A stretch of 64,000 nt of DNA from an uncultured Gemmatimonadaceae bacterium. Lineage in GTDB: Bacteria; Gemmatimonadota; Gemmatimonadetes; Gemmatimonadales; Gemmatimonadaceae. A program made the position numbers and the translations under genes. The notes under the pieces are model-generated. The model ran no database searches. It was not told where the DNA came from and saw nothing but the letters and a program-made list of their open reading frames with translations. Shown here one piece after another: positions 23,740-33,306 of the stretch (position 1 is the stretch's first letter; each line of letters begins with the position of its first letter). The DNA lies in contig CAVVTZ010000011.1 in assembly GCA_963751275.1 (NCBI GenBank), forward strand, positions 128,001 to 192,000. The letters run 5' to 3'.

Positions 23740-25221
23740 GCACGGCCACCACCGGCACGCATGCGGTCCCGAAGGAGACGACGGGTCCGGTCGCCGAACG
23801 CGGGAGCGACGGCTTCGTCCGCAAGGCGGGGCGCGATCTGCTGCTCTCGATCTACGGTGCGCTCCGCACGGTGAAGCTCTATCCGCCGGACAACCCGGTG
23901 GTGCAGAAGACCATGGACGAGATCGTGCGGCTCGCGCAGGATTTCCTGAAACGCGAGCACGAGCTCGAGTTGCGCGTCTCCGGCGAGTTCCTCTTCGTGA
24001 ACTCGACGCGTCTCCGGCTGGACCTCGACAACTACGCGAGCTTCAACCGGATCCTCACGGTGTTCCGCGAGGCGGGCGTGGGGCTCTGCCGCATTCGCGA
24101 GGAATCCACGCCGCGCGACTGGGTGGTGTTCCTGAATCTCATCCAGTCGGCGAACGTCGGCGAGCCGGACGGGCGGTTGTACGCGCTCGCCGAGAAGATG
24201 GCCGACGCGCGCGTGATGTCGATCGAGATCGGCCCGCCGTCGGAGGTGGACGAGGCGATCCGCCAGAAGACCAAGGAGGCGGCGAAGCGCACCTACTCGC
24301 AGTCGGTGGCGGTCACCAAGGAGGTCATCAACTCGGTGCGCATGGGGAAGAGCCCGAACATCAAGAAGATCAAGCGCGTGGTGCAGGCGATCGTCGACCA
24401 GATCCTGAACGAGGAGACGTCGCTATTCGGCCTCACCACGCTGCGCGACTACGACGAGTACACGTTCACCCACAGCGTGAACGTCTGCATCTTCTCCGTC
24501 GCGCTGGGGCGGAAGCTGGGACTCTCGCAGCTGCAGCTCTACGACCTCGGCGTGGCCGCGCTCTTCCACGACATCGGGAAGTCGCGCGTCCCGCTCGAGG
24601 TGCTGAACAAGTCGGGCGCGCTCACCGAGGATGAATGGCGCATGATCTGCCATCATCCGTGGCTCGGCGTGCTGCCGCTGTTCCAGGTGCGCGGCACAGA
24701 ACGATGTTCCGTACCGCGCGATGATCGTCGCGTACGAGCACCACATGAAGACCGACCTGACCGGCTACCCGAAGCCCATCCGGGAGCGGCAGATGGGCAT
24801 CTTCAGCAAGATCGTGGCGGTGGCCGACTGGTTCGACGCGGCCACGTCGCGGCGCGCCTACCAGACGACGCCGATCACGCCGGCCGCCGTGCTCCAGGAG
24901 ATGCGGAAGAACCCGCGCCGCGGCCTGGACCAGGTCCTGGTGAAGGCCTTCATCAACCTCGTCGGCCTCTACCCGGTGGGCACGCTGGTGGTCCTCGACA
25001 CCTTCGAGCTGGCGCTCGTGCACGCCGTGAATCCGACGGCGGAAGCGATCTCGCGCCCGCTGGTGCGCATCGTCAGCGACGAGCGAGGCAACGTGCTCTT
25101 CCCGGGGCACGTCGTGGACCTGAACGCGCTGGATGCGAACAGCGGCAACTTCACGCGCACCATCATCAAGGTCGCGGACCCCGACCGGTACGGCATCAAG
25201 GTCAGTGACTACTTCGTCTGA
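23736..25221 (+). CDS. HD-GYP cyclic dinucleotide phosphodiesterase, frameshift near 24700
   Basis: YDEYTFTHSVNV, FHDIGK, HP..G, YEHH....TGYP, IVAVAD.FDA.TS.R.Y, then GLYPVGTLV; ATGA overlap with the HEAT gene. Confidence 0.9.
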
Positions 25222-25991
25222 CGCGTTCGCCGCGCGGTTCGCGGCGCTGCGCGCGCAGGATCGCCGCGCCCTCGTCGTCTACCTGACCGCCGGACTCCCC
25301 GATGTCCCGCAGTCGATCGCGCTGCTCCAGGCGGTCGAGCGCGCCGGCGCCGACATCGTCGAGCTCGGCATGCCGTTCTCCGACCCGATGGCCGATGGGC
25401 CGATCATCCAGGCGAGCTCGCAGCGCGCGCTCGATCACGGGGTGACGTTCGACGGGACGCTGGACCTCATCCGGCGCGCGAAGCTCACGGTGCCGGTCGT
25501 GCTCTTCACGTATCTCAACCCGTTGCTCTCGGCCGGCGCCGTCGCGCTCGAGCGCGCGGCCAAGGCGGGCGCGCACGGCGTGCTCGTGACCGATCTGCCG
25601 GTCGGCGCCGACCCCGCGCTCGAAGCGCGCATCGCGGCGGGGCCGCTCGCGTTCATCCGTCTGGTCGCGCCCACGACGCCGGCCTCGCGCATGGCGGAGA
25701 TCGCCCGTCACGGCGGCGGATTCGTGTATCTCGATCAGTCGACTCGGGGTCACCGGCGTGCAAGAGGGGATCGCGAGCGACCTCCCGGCGACGATCGCGC
25801 GGTTGCGCGGCGCCACGTCGCTGCCCGTGTGTGTGGGATTCGGGATCTCGACGCCGGCGCAGGCGGCGGAGGTCGGCCGGCTCGCCGACGGCGTGGTGGT
25901 CGGCAGCGCGCTCGTGCGCGCGGCGGGCGAGAGCCTGGACGCCGCCCTGCGTCTCGTGACGTCGATGCGCGCGGCGCTCGACGCGGCCTAG
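25205..25991 (+). CDS. trpA: tryptophan synthase alpha chain, frameshift near 25735
   Basis: ELGMPFSDPMADGPIIQ, TYLNP, DLP, LVAPTT, VGFGIS, ADGVVVGSA. Confidence 0.95.
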
Positions 25992-25995
25992 CGGC

Positions 25996-27360
25996 TCACT
26001 CCGAGCGGCGCAGCGCGCGCTCGAGCGCGGCACTGGGCCGCGCGTTCACCGTCTTCACGTGATCGACCAGCACGAGCCCGGGCGCGCCGCCGCGCGGCTT
26101 CCGCACGTGCTTGCGCCGTGTCCAGTCGACGGGCGTCACGGTATTGCCGCGCGCTTTGCTGTGCCACGCGGCGATCGCGGCCGCCTCGGCGAGGTCGCGG
26201 GCGGGGGGTGGATCGTCGCGCGTCCAGCGGAGCACCACGTGCGCACCGGCGACGTCGCGCGCGTGCATCGAGACGTCGTCGGGACTCGATTCGTGGAAGG
26301 TGAGCGCATCGTTGGACGCGGCGCCGCGACCGACCCAGATGTCGAGACCGCCGCTCGAGCGGTACTCGCGGAACGGGCGCGCGATGCGCGGCGCGCCGCG
26401 GCGCGCTGGTGCGGCGGGCTTCGAAGCCGGGGCCGGCGCAGGGGCGGCACGGGTCGCCGCGATGCGCGCGGGCAGCGACTCGAGCGCGCGCTCCATCGAT
26501 CCGGCCTCGGCGTGGAGACGTTCGGCGGCCTGCGCCGCGCGCTCACCGGCGCGCGGCGCGACCTCGAACGGTCCCTCGGCGAGATCGATCCGGCGCGGCG
26601 CGGGAACATTGCCGAGCGACTGGAGCATTGTCGCGGCCTCACGCACGCGCGGCGCGGCGGCGGCTTGCGCGAGCTCACGCTCCATGCGCGCAATGGCGCG
26701 CGCGCGCCGGCCGTCGAGCTCCGGTGCGGCGGCGGGCTCGGCCTCCGCGTCGTCCGCGACGAAGAGCGGGCCCAGACACGGCGGCGTTTCGGCCGGCAGC
26801 GCCGCGAGAGAGGCGTAGCGCTCCGCGGCGTTCGCAGGAGCGGCGCGCAGCCACTCGATGACGGGCCCGCTCATCCAGCGGCCGCGGAGCAGCGCAGGCC
26901 GGTCGTCCTCGCGGAGTGCGCGCGCGAGGGCGGCCTCCTCCAGCAGCGGGCGCGGCTCGGAGGCGGGAGGCAGCCGCGCGCCCATGCGCGATTCGCCGCC
27001 GTCGCCGCGCAGGCGCGCGCCTCGCGCCGCGGGCACGAAACTGATCTCGAGCACGGCGTGGCGCGGCGGCGATCCGCGGAACCTCCCCGCGCGCTCGAGT
27101 GCGATCGCCAGGCGCCGGTCGTCCTCGGGGGCGGATACGCCGGCCACCGTCCACCCCGCGAGCGCGCCGTCGCGCGGAGGCGCGGCGTCCTCTGTTGCCG
27201 CGGCGGACGACGGCGCGACGGGGAAGCGGACCGGCGCGGATCCCTCCACCGCTACGACGACGGCGCGCGCGTCGCGGTCGAACGTGATGGCCGCTACGCG
27301 GCGGCCGCGCCAGCGCGCATCGAGCGCGTGCGCGAGGTAGTGCACGGTCAGACTGTCCAC
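25996..27360 (-). CDS. NFACT-family (RqcH/FbpA-like) protein with NFACT-R domain and divergent N-half
   Basis: C-terminal IWVGR.A.SND.LT..D..MHARD.AGAHVV..AA.IAAWHSKAR..VDWT..K.VRKP.G..PG.V. Confidence 0.85.
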   Translation of the reverse strand: MDSLTVHYLAHALDARWRGRRVAAITFDRDARAVVVAVEGSAPVRFPVAPSSAAATEDAAPPRDGALAGWTVAGVSAPEDDRRLAIALERAGRFRGSPPRHAVLEISFVPAARGARLRGDGGESRMGARLPPASEPRPLLEEAALARALREDDRPALLRGRWMSGPVIEWLRAAPANAAERYASLAALPAETPPCLGPLFVADDAEAEPAAAPELDGRRARAIARMERELAQAAAAPRVREAATMLQSLGNVPAPRRIDLAEGPFEVAPRAGERAAQAAERLHAEAGSMERALESLPARIAATRAAPAPAPASKPAAPARRGAPRIARPFREYRSSGGLDIWVGRGAASNDALTFHESSPDDVSMHARDVAGAHVVLRWTRDDPPPARDLAEAAAIAAWHSKARGNTVTPVDWTRRKHVRKPRGGAPGLVLVDHVKTVNARPSAALERALRRSE

Positions 27361-27373
27361 GCGCGCTCCGGGT

Positions 27374-27402
27374 TTGACACGCGCGCACGATGCCGGTACG
27401 TT
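27374..27402 (+). promoter_or_regulatory. sigma70-type promoter of the folK-panBC operon
   Basis: TTGACA (27374-27379), 17 nt, TACGTT (27397-27402). Confidence 0.7.
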
Positions 27403-27418
27403 CCGCCGCTGTCAACGG

Positions 27419-27829
27419 ATGCCTGACCTCGTCTATATCGCGCTCGGCTCGAACGTCGGTGACCGCGCGGCTCACCTCGCGGCAGCGCGCGCCGCGCTCG
27501 AGGCGCTACCGCAGAGCCGTGTCATCAGCGCATCTTCCGTGGAGGAGACCGAGCCGCTTGGCACGGTCCCCCAGGGGCCCTACCTCAACCAGATGGTCGC
27601 CGTGGAGACGTCGCTCTCGCCGCGCGTGTTGCTGGACGCGCTGCTCACGATCGAACGCGCGGAGGGGCGCGTGCGCACGGAGCGCTGGGGAGCGCGCACG
27701 CTCGATCTCGACATCGTGCGGTTCGGATCGCGGCGCGTGGATGAGCCCGGGCTGACCGTGCCGCATCCGGAGCTGCCGAACCGCCCGTTCTGGCTGCGCG
27801 AACTCGCCGAATTGGGAGCGGAGGCGTGA
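27419..27829 (+). CDS. folK: 2-amino-4-hydroxy-6-hydroxymethyldihydropteridine diphosphokinase
   Basis: YIALGSN.GD, YLNQ, IE...GR.R..RWG.RTLDLDI, LTVPHP. Confidence 0.95.
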   Translation: MPDLVYIALGSNVGDRAAHLAAARAALEALPQSRVISASSVEETEPLGTVPQGPYLNQMVAVETSLSPRVLLDALLTIERAEGRVRTERWGARTLDLDIVRFGSRRVDEPGLTVPHPELPNRPFWLRELAELGAEA

Positions 27830-28673
27830 AGCGCCGGCCGGCGAAGCGCGCCGCGGCGCCGCGCGACGCGGCCGTGCGCGCCGTGACCGTGCGCGATTTC
27901 CTCGCGTGCAAGAAGAGCGGCGACAAGCTCGTGCTCGTCACCGCGTACGACGCGCTGTTCGGCCGGCTGGTGGATGAGGCCGGCGTGGACGGCGTCCTCG
28001 TGGGCGACTCCGTGGGCAACGTGGTGGCGGGGCTCGACTCGACGCTGCCCGTGACGCTCGACCAGATGATCTATCACGCGCGCGCGGCGCGCCGCGGCGT
28101 GCAGCGCGCCATGCTCATCGTGGACATGCCGTTCCTCACGTACCAGGTCACGCCCGAGGAGGCCCTGCGGAATTGCGGCCGCGTGATGCAGGAGACCGGG
28201 GCGCAGGCCGTGAAGCTCGAAGGCGCGGGGGATGTCGTCGCGCGCGCGGTGCGCGCCGTCACCAACGCCGGCGTTCCGGTGATGGGCCATCTCGGCTTCA
28301 CGCCCCAGTCGGTGCATGCGATGGGCGGCTTCCGCGTGCAGGGGCGCGAGAAGGACGCGATCGCGCGGCTCGTGGAGGAGGCGCGGCGCCTCGAGGACGC
28401 CGGCGCGTTCGCGATCGTGCTCGAGCTGCTCCCGCCGACGTCGCGGCCGCCGTCACCGCCGCCGTCGCGGTGCCGACGATCGGTATTGGCGCCGGCCCCG
28501 CATGCGATGGCCAGGTGCTCGTCATCACCGATCTGCTGGGCCTCAACGACCGCTTCAGCCCGAAGTTCCTGAAGCGGTACGCGCACCTCGCGGAGGACGT
28601 GCGGGACGCGGTGGGCCGGTTCCGCGACGACGTGCGCCGTGGGCGGTATCCCGATGCCGATCACAGTTTCTAG
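27826..28673 (+). CDS. panB: 3-methyl-2-oxobutanoate hydroxymethyltransferase, frameshift near 28430
   Basis: TAYD, LVGDS, DMPF, AVKLEG, MGHLGFTPQ, PTIGIGAG, DGQVLV. Confidence 0.95.
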
Positions 28674-29538
28674 CGGCGCACCGGCCGCGACGCGCGTGGT
28701 CACGCGCGCGAGCGAACTGCGCGCGGCGGTCGCGGAACAGCGCCGGCGCGGCGTATCGGTCGGGCTCGTTCCCACCATGGGATTCCTTCACGAGGGGCAC
28801 CTGCGCCTCGTGGATGCAGCGCGGGAGCGCGCGGGCTTCGTCGTGATGTCGATCTTCGTGAACCCGCTGCAGTTCGGCCCGCACGAGGACTTCGCGCGCT
28901 ATCCCCGCGACCTCGAGGGCGATGTGCGCAAGGCGGACGCCCGCGGCGTGGACCTCGTCTTCGCGCCGCGCGCGGAAGACATGTACGCCGGCGACCGCGT
29001 CGTGTCGGTCACGCCGCACGCGCTCGCCGACCGCTGGGAGGGCGCGGTCCGTCCCGGCCATTTCGGCGGCATGCTCACGGTGGTGGCGAAGCTGTTCAAT
29101 CTCGTGCAGCCCCAGGCCGCGATCTTCGGACAGAAGGACATCCAGCAGGCGACGCTCGTGCGGGCGATGGTGCGCGATCTCGATTTCCCGATCGAGATCC
29201 ACGTGGCCAGCACGGTGCGCGAGGATGACGGTCTCGCGATGTCGAGCCGCAACGGCTACCTGTCGGGCGACGACCGCCGCCGCGCGCTCGTGCTGTCGCG
29301 CGCCTTGCGCGCGATCGCCGAGTCGGCCGAGGCCGGCGAGCGCGACGCGGCCGCGCTGGAGACGCTCGGCTACGATGTGCTCGCCGAGGAGCCGGGGGTG
29401 AACGTCGACTACCTTGCGCTCGTGGACGGCGAACGGCTGGAGCCGGTCGCGATCGCCGATCCGGGCACGATCGTCATGGTGGCGGCGCGCGTCGGGCCGA
29501 CACGGCTCATCGACAACATCATCCTCGGCGCGCCGTGA
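28654..29538 (+). CDS. panC: pantoate--beta-alanine ligase
   Basis: VPTMG.LHEGH, SIFVNPLQF, RPGHF, FGQKD, DGLAMSSRN, RLIDN; start uncertain (28654 or 28696). Confidence 0.96.
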   Translation: MPITVSSGAPAATRVVTRASELRAAVAEQRRRGVSVGLVPTMGFLHEGHLRLVDAARERAGFVVMSIFVNPLQFGPHEDFARYPRDLEGDVRKADARGVDLVFAPRAEDMYAGDRVVSVTPHALADRWEGAVRPGHFGGMLTVVAKLFNLVQPQAAIFGQKDIQQATLVRAMVRDLDFPIEIHVASTVREDDGLAMSSRNGYLSGDDRRRALVLSRALRAIAESAEAGERDAAALETLGYDVLAEEPGVNVDYLALVDGERLEPVAIADPGTIVMVAARVGPTRLIDNIILGAP

Positions 29539-30368
29539 CCTGGAATGCCGTGGTCGCCGCGCTGGATGACGGCGACACGTTCAAGTCGAGCGTGAGCCTC
29601 TATCTGCACCCGCTCGCGGGGCGGCCGGTGCTTTGGCACGCGCTGCTCGCGCTCGCGGACATGGAGGAGCCGCCCGCGTCCGTGCGCGTGCTGCACCGCG
29701 CGGCGAGCCCGCTGCTCGTGCCCGACTCGTTCCCGGTGCCGCTGCGGCTGGAGCCGGTGAACGCCGGCGAGGAGCTGATCGCGATGCGCGCGGCGGTGAC
29801 ACCGGCGGGATTGACGATGCTCGTGGATGGCGCGGCGCCGCTCATCTCGCCGGCGACGATCGCGCGGCTGCTGCGCGCGGCCGACCGCGGCATGGTCGCG
29901 CTCCGTGCGCCGGGCGAGGACATGGCCTGCGCGGCCGTGGCGGGGGAGGGGCCGGCGCTCGCGAGTGCGGAGGATCCCCGGCGCCCGAACGGTGCGGTGT
30001 CGATCGCCGCGACGGCGCCCGAGGAAGCGCTGCTCCTCACCGACCGCCACGCGTTGGCGGTGGCGGCGATGGCGATCCATGACCGGCTGATCCGCCGCCA
30101 CGAGGCCGCGGGCGTCAGCTTCGTGCTGCCGGCCACGACCTGGGTGGATGCCGACGTGACGATCGGCGCCGACACCGTGATCTATCCGGGCGCGGTGATC
30201 GAGGGACACACGGCGATCGGCAGCGAGTGCGTGATCGGTCCGTATTCGCGCCTCGCCGACGCGATGCTCGGCCGCGGCGTGGAACTCAAGGGATGGAACT
30301 ATGTCGCGCGGACGAGCGTGCGGAATCACGCGGTGCTGGAGCCTTATGTCCGCCGCGGCTTCGATTGA
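29535..30368 (+). CDS. GlmU-like protein, degenerate and C-terminally truncated
   Basis: KS....LHPLAGRP.L.H, G..PLIS..T...L, linker helix, then GV....P..T.VD.DVTIG.DTVIYPG hexapeptide repeats. Confidence 0.75.
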   Translation: MTWNAVVAALDDGDTFKSSVSLYLHPLAGRPVLWHALLALADMEEPPASVRVLHRAASPLLVPDSFPVPLRLEPVNAGEELIAMRAAVTPAGLTMLVDGAAPLISPATIARLLRAADRGMVALRAPGEDMACAAVAGEGPALASAEDPRRPNGAVSIAATAPEEALLLTDRHALAVAAMAIHDRLIRRHEAAGVSFVLPATTWVDADVTIGADTVIYPGAVIEGHTAIGSECVIGPYSRLADAMLGRGVELKGWNYVARTSVRNHAVLEPYVRRGFD

Positions 30369-30891
30369 CCTGCCGCCGTGGGCGGTGGCGGGCGAGAAGC
30401 GGCGCGCGCACATTGCCCGCGTCACGGCGCTGCTCGACCACTGGGCGCGCGCGCTGAAGCTCGATGAGCCCGCGCGCGCGGCGTGGCGCGACGCGGGACG
30501 ATTCCACGATGCGCTGCGCGACGCGCCGGAACGGACGCTGCGCCTGCTCACCGGCGACCACATCACCGCCGCGCCGCTGCTGCACGGGCCGGCGGCCGCG
30601 GTGAAGCTCCAGACGGAGGGCGAGGAGCGCGCCGATGTGCTCGAGGCGATCCGCTGGCACACCGTGGGAAGCAAGGACTGGGCGCCCACCGGCCGCGCGC
30701 TCTTCATGGCGGACTTCCTCGAGCCCGGCCGCAAGTTCGACCGCGAGATCCGCGCCGAGCTCGCCGCCGATGTGCCGCATGATTTCGAAGGCACCTTCCG
30801 GCGCGTGGTGCAGAACCGCATCGCCTGGACGCTGCGCGAAGGGCGTCCGCTGGACGCGGAGACGTCGCGCCTGTGGGATTCGGTGAAGTGA
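30346..30891 (+). CDS. HD-domain protein, YqeK-like (Ap4A hydrolase family)
   Basis: R.AH..RV, FHD, LLHGPAAA, AIRWHT.G, LFMADFLEPGR. Confidence 0.8.
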   Translation: MSAAASIDLPPWAVAGEKRRAHIARVTALLDHWARALKLDEPARAAWRDAGRFHDALRDAPERTLRLLTGDHITAAPLLHGPAAAVKLQTEGEERADVLEAIRWHTVGSKDWAPTGRALFMADFLEPGRKFDREIRAELAADVPHDFEGTFRRVVQNRIAWTLREGRPLDAETSRLWDSVK

Positions 30892-31316
30892 GGAAGCGCC
30901 GCGCCCTCGTGGGCGCTCTCGTGCTGCTCCTCGCGCTCGCGGTGGTCTACCGGAAGATCGGCGTGCCGAGGTTCGACCGGCCGTCTCCCGCGTCGCAGCC
31001 GACGATGGCCGCGCCGGCCGGCACCCGCATGCGGGTGGAGGTGTTGAACGCCTCCACCGTGCGCGGTCTCGCGCGCCGCGCCACGCTCCACCTGCGCGAT
31101 GAAGGATTCGACGTCGTGCAGAGCGGCACCACGAACGAGCGCCGCGACAGCACGCTCATCCTGGACCGTACGAATCATCCCGACTGGGCCGCGCGTGCCG
31201 CGCGCGCGATGGGCGGCGCGAGGGTCGAGTCGCGCCCCGACACGCTACGCGACGTGGACCTGACCGTCCTGATCGGCGCCACCTGGCGCCCGCCGGCCGA
31301 GCCGTTCTACCCGTAG
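30888..31316 (+). CDS. membrane-anchored LytR C-terminal domain protein
   Basis: one N-terminal TM helix; VEVLNA...GLA.R....L...GF.V...G and D.TV.IG motifs. Confidence 0.8.
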   Translation: MRKRRALVGALVLLLALAVVYRKIGVPRFDRPSPASQPTMAAPAGTRMRVEVLNASTVRGLARRATLHLRDEGFDVVQSGTTNERRDSTLILDRTNHPDWAARAARAMGGARVESRPDTLRDVDLTVLIGATWRPPAEPFYP

Positions 31317-32327
31317 CTGCCCGCAGGCGGCGGAGATGTCCGTGCCGCGGCTCTTCCGGATCGCCATCTCGACCTCCGCCTTCTTCAGCTCCTTCGTGAA
31401 CGCGCGCACCCGTTCGGGCGTCGACGGCTTGAAGTCCTGCGCGCCCCCCGGATGCAGCGGGATCAGGTTCACGAACGCTTTGCACTCCTTGGCGAGCCGC
31501 GCGAGGTTCATCGCGTGCTCCGGCGCGTCGTTCACGCCGCCGAGCAGCACGTACTCGAAGGTCACGCGGCGGTCGAACGCCTTCGCGGCGGCGATCACGT
31601 CGGCCAGCGGGTACTTCACGTTCACGGGCATCAGCTGCCGGCGGAGATCATCGCTCGGCGCGTGGATCGAGATCGCGAGCCGGAACTGCTCCGGGCGCTG
31701 TCCGAGCGCGACGATCCCGGGGAGCACGCCCACGGTGGAGACCGTGATGTGCCGCGCGCCGATGCCGAGCGCGTCGGGGCGGTTGAGCAGCGAGAGCGCG
31801 ACCGATACGCGCGGCCAGTTCATGAGCGGCTCGCCCATCCCCATGAACACGACGTTCGTCACTTTCAGCGGCGTCTCGAGGAGACCCATCTCGCGCACCT
31901 GACCGGCGATCTCCCACGCCGCGAGATTGCGCTGGAAACCCATCTTGCCCGTGGCGCAGAAGGCGCACTGCAGGGCGCATCCCGCCTGCGAGGAGATGCA
32001 GAGCGTCAGCCGCGAATCCTCGGGGATCGCCACCGTCTCGATCTGCTGGCCGTCGGGCAGCGCGAAGAGGAATTTCTGCGTGCCGTCGGACGAGACCTGG
32101 TGCGCGGCGATCGTGAGCCGTGGCATGATGAAGTGCTCGTCGAGCTTCTTGCGGAAGGCGGCGGGCAGTTCCGTCATCGACGCGAAATCCGGCGCCGGAT
32201 TCTTCCAGAGGCGGCGCGCGACCTGCCCGCCGCGGTAGGCGGGCTCGCCCTGCGCCACGGCGAATTCCCGGAGCTGCCCTTCGGCGACGTCGGGGAGGAG
32301 ATCGAGAAGATTCGGTTTGTCGGTCAC
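31245..32327 (-). CDS. rlmN: dual-specificity RNA methyltransferase RlmN
   Basis: CISSQAGCALQCAFC, VFMGMGEP, ITVSTVG, AISIHAP, FEYV, DISAACGQL. Confidence 0.96.
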   Translation of the reverse strand: MTDKPNLLDLLPDVAEGQLREFAVAQGEPAYRGGQVARRLWKNPAPDFASMTELPAAFRKKLDEHFIMPRLTIAAHQVSSDGTQKFLFALPDGQQIETVAIPEDSRLTLCISSQAGCALQCAFCATGKMGFQRNLAAWEIAGQVREMGLLETPLKVTNVVFMGMGEPLMNWPRVSVALSLLNRPDALGIGARHITVSTVGVLPGIVALGQRPEQFRLAISIHAPSDDLRRQLMPVNVKYPLADVIAAAKAFDRRVTFEYVLLGGVNDAPEHAMNLARLAKECKAFVNLIPLHPGGAQDFKPSTPERVRAFTKELKKAEVEMAIRKSRGTDISAACGQLRVERLGRRAPGGADQDGQVHVA

Positions 32328-32494
32328 CCGGGCAATCTAGCGGGTCGGGCGGCGCGGCGCCGGGAGGTGGCAAGTGACCGCGCCACTTGGCTTTGGCGGG
32401 CCCCGCCTCGCGCGCCTTGAAAAGCCGCTCGGCTACCGTGCACCCCCGCCGGAAGTTAACTTTATCGTTTGCCGTCTGAGACCCTGGAGACTCC

Positions 32495-32953
32495 TTGTTG
32501 CTCTCGGAACTGCTGTCGGCGGACCGGGTGAAAGTGCCGCTCGCCAGTCGCACGAAGAACGATGTCTTGAAGGAATTGGTCGACCTCGTTGCCAACGGAA
32601 GCCACGCCCACGACGCCGCGCCCATTCTCGCGGCGGTGCGCGAGCGCGAGCTGGTGCTGAGCACCGGGATCGGCGCGGGCATCGCCATCCCGCACGGCAA
32701 GACGCCGCACGTCGACCAATTGATGGTCGCCGCCGGCGTCGCGCACGACGGGATCGACTTCGACGCGCTCGACGGCAAGCCGGTGCGGCTCTTCTTCCTG
32801 CTCGTCGGGCCCGAGAGCGCGGCCGGTGCGCACGTGAAGGTCCTGAGCCGCATCTCGCGGCTGCTGCGGCGCGATCCGCTGCGCCGCGATCTGATGACCG
32901 CGCCCACCGCCGCGGCGTTCCTGGACATCGTCCGTTCGTCGGAGGCCGCGTGA
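32495..32953 (+). CDS. PTS EIIA component (Ntr/Fru type)
   Basis: RE...STGIG.GIAIPHGK, IDFDALDG.PV; TTG start preceded by GGAG. Confidence 0.9.
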   Translation: MLLSELLSADRVKVPLASRTKNDVLKELVDLVANGSHAHDAAPILAAVRERELVLSTGIGAGIAIPHGKTPHVDQLMVAAGVAHDGIDFDALDGKPVRLFFLLVGPESAAGAHVKVLSRISRLLRRDPLRRDLMTAPTAAAFLDIVRSSEAA

Positions 32954-33306
32954 TCGAACGCCGGTGGCTGCCGCCGCTCGTGTGGGCCGGATGCATCCTG
33001 ATCGCCACGTCCATTCCAGGCGCGCACATCCCGCGCGTGGACGTGCCGAACCTCGACAAGGTCGTGCACTTCACGTTCTACGGGGTGTTCGCGTGGCTGC
33101 TGCTGCCGGCAATGTCGGGCACGCGCGCGCGGCGCGTGGCGATGGTGCTCGCGTTCATCGCGGTGTTCGCGGCGCTCGACGAGTTCCACCAGAAATTCAT
33201 TCCAGGGCGCACCATGGACTTCGAGGATTGGGTGGCGGACATGTCGGGCGCGGTGACGGCCGTGCTGGTCGCGATCGCGGCGCGCCGCCGCGCGGTGGCG
33301 TCATGA
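32950..33306 (+). CDS. VanZ-family membrane protein
   Basis: DKVVHF..YG, DEFHQ.FIPGR....DW.AD..G. Confidence 0.9.
   Translation: MIERRWLPPLVWAGCILIATSIPGAHIPRVDVPNLDKVVHFTFYGVFAWLLLPAMSGTRARRVAMVLAFIAVFAALDEFHQKFIPGRTMDFEDWVADMSGAVTAVLVAIAARRRAVAS

Noticed and set aside
22206..25208. 1000-aa ORF spanning the HEAT and HD-GYP genes
   Set aside because: The first half is an off-frame shadow of the HEAT gene; the real HD-GYP start is 23736
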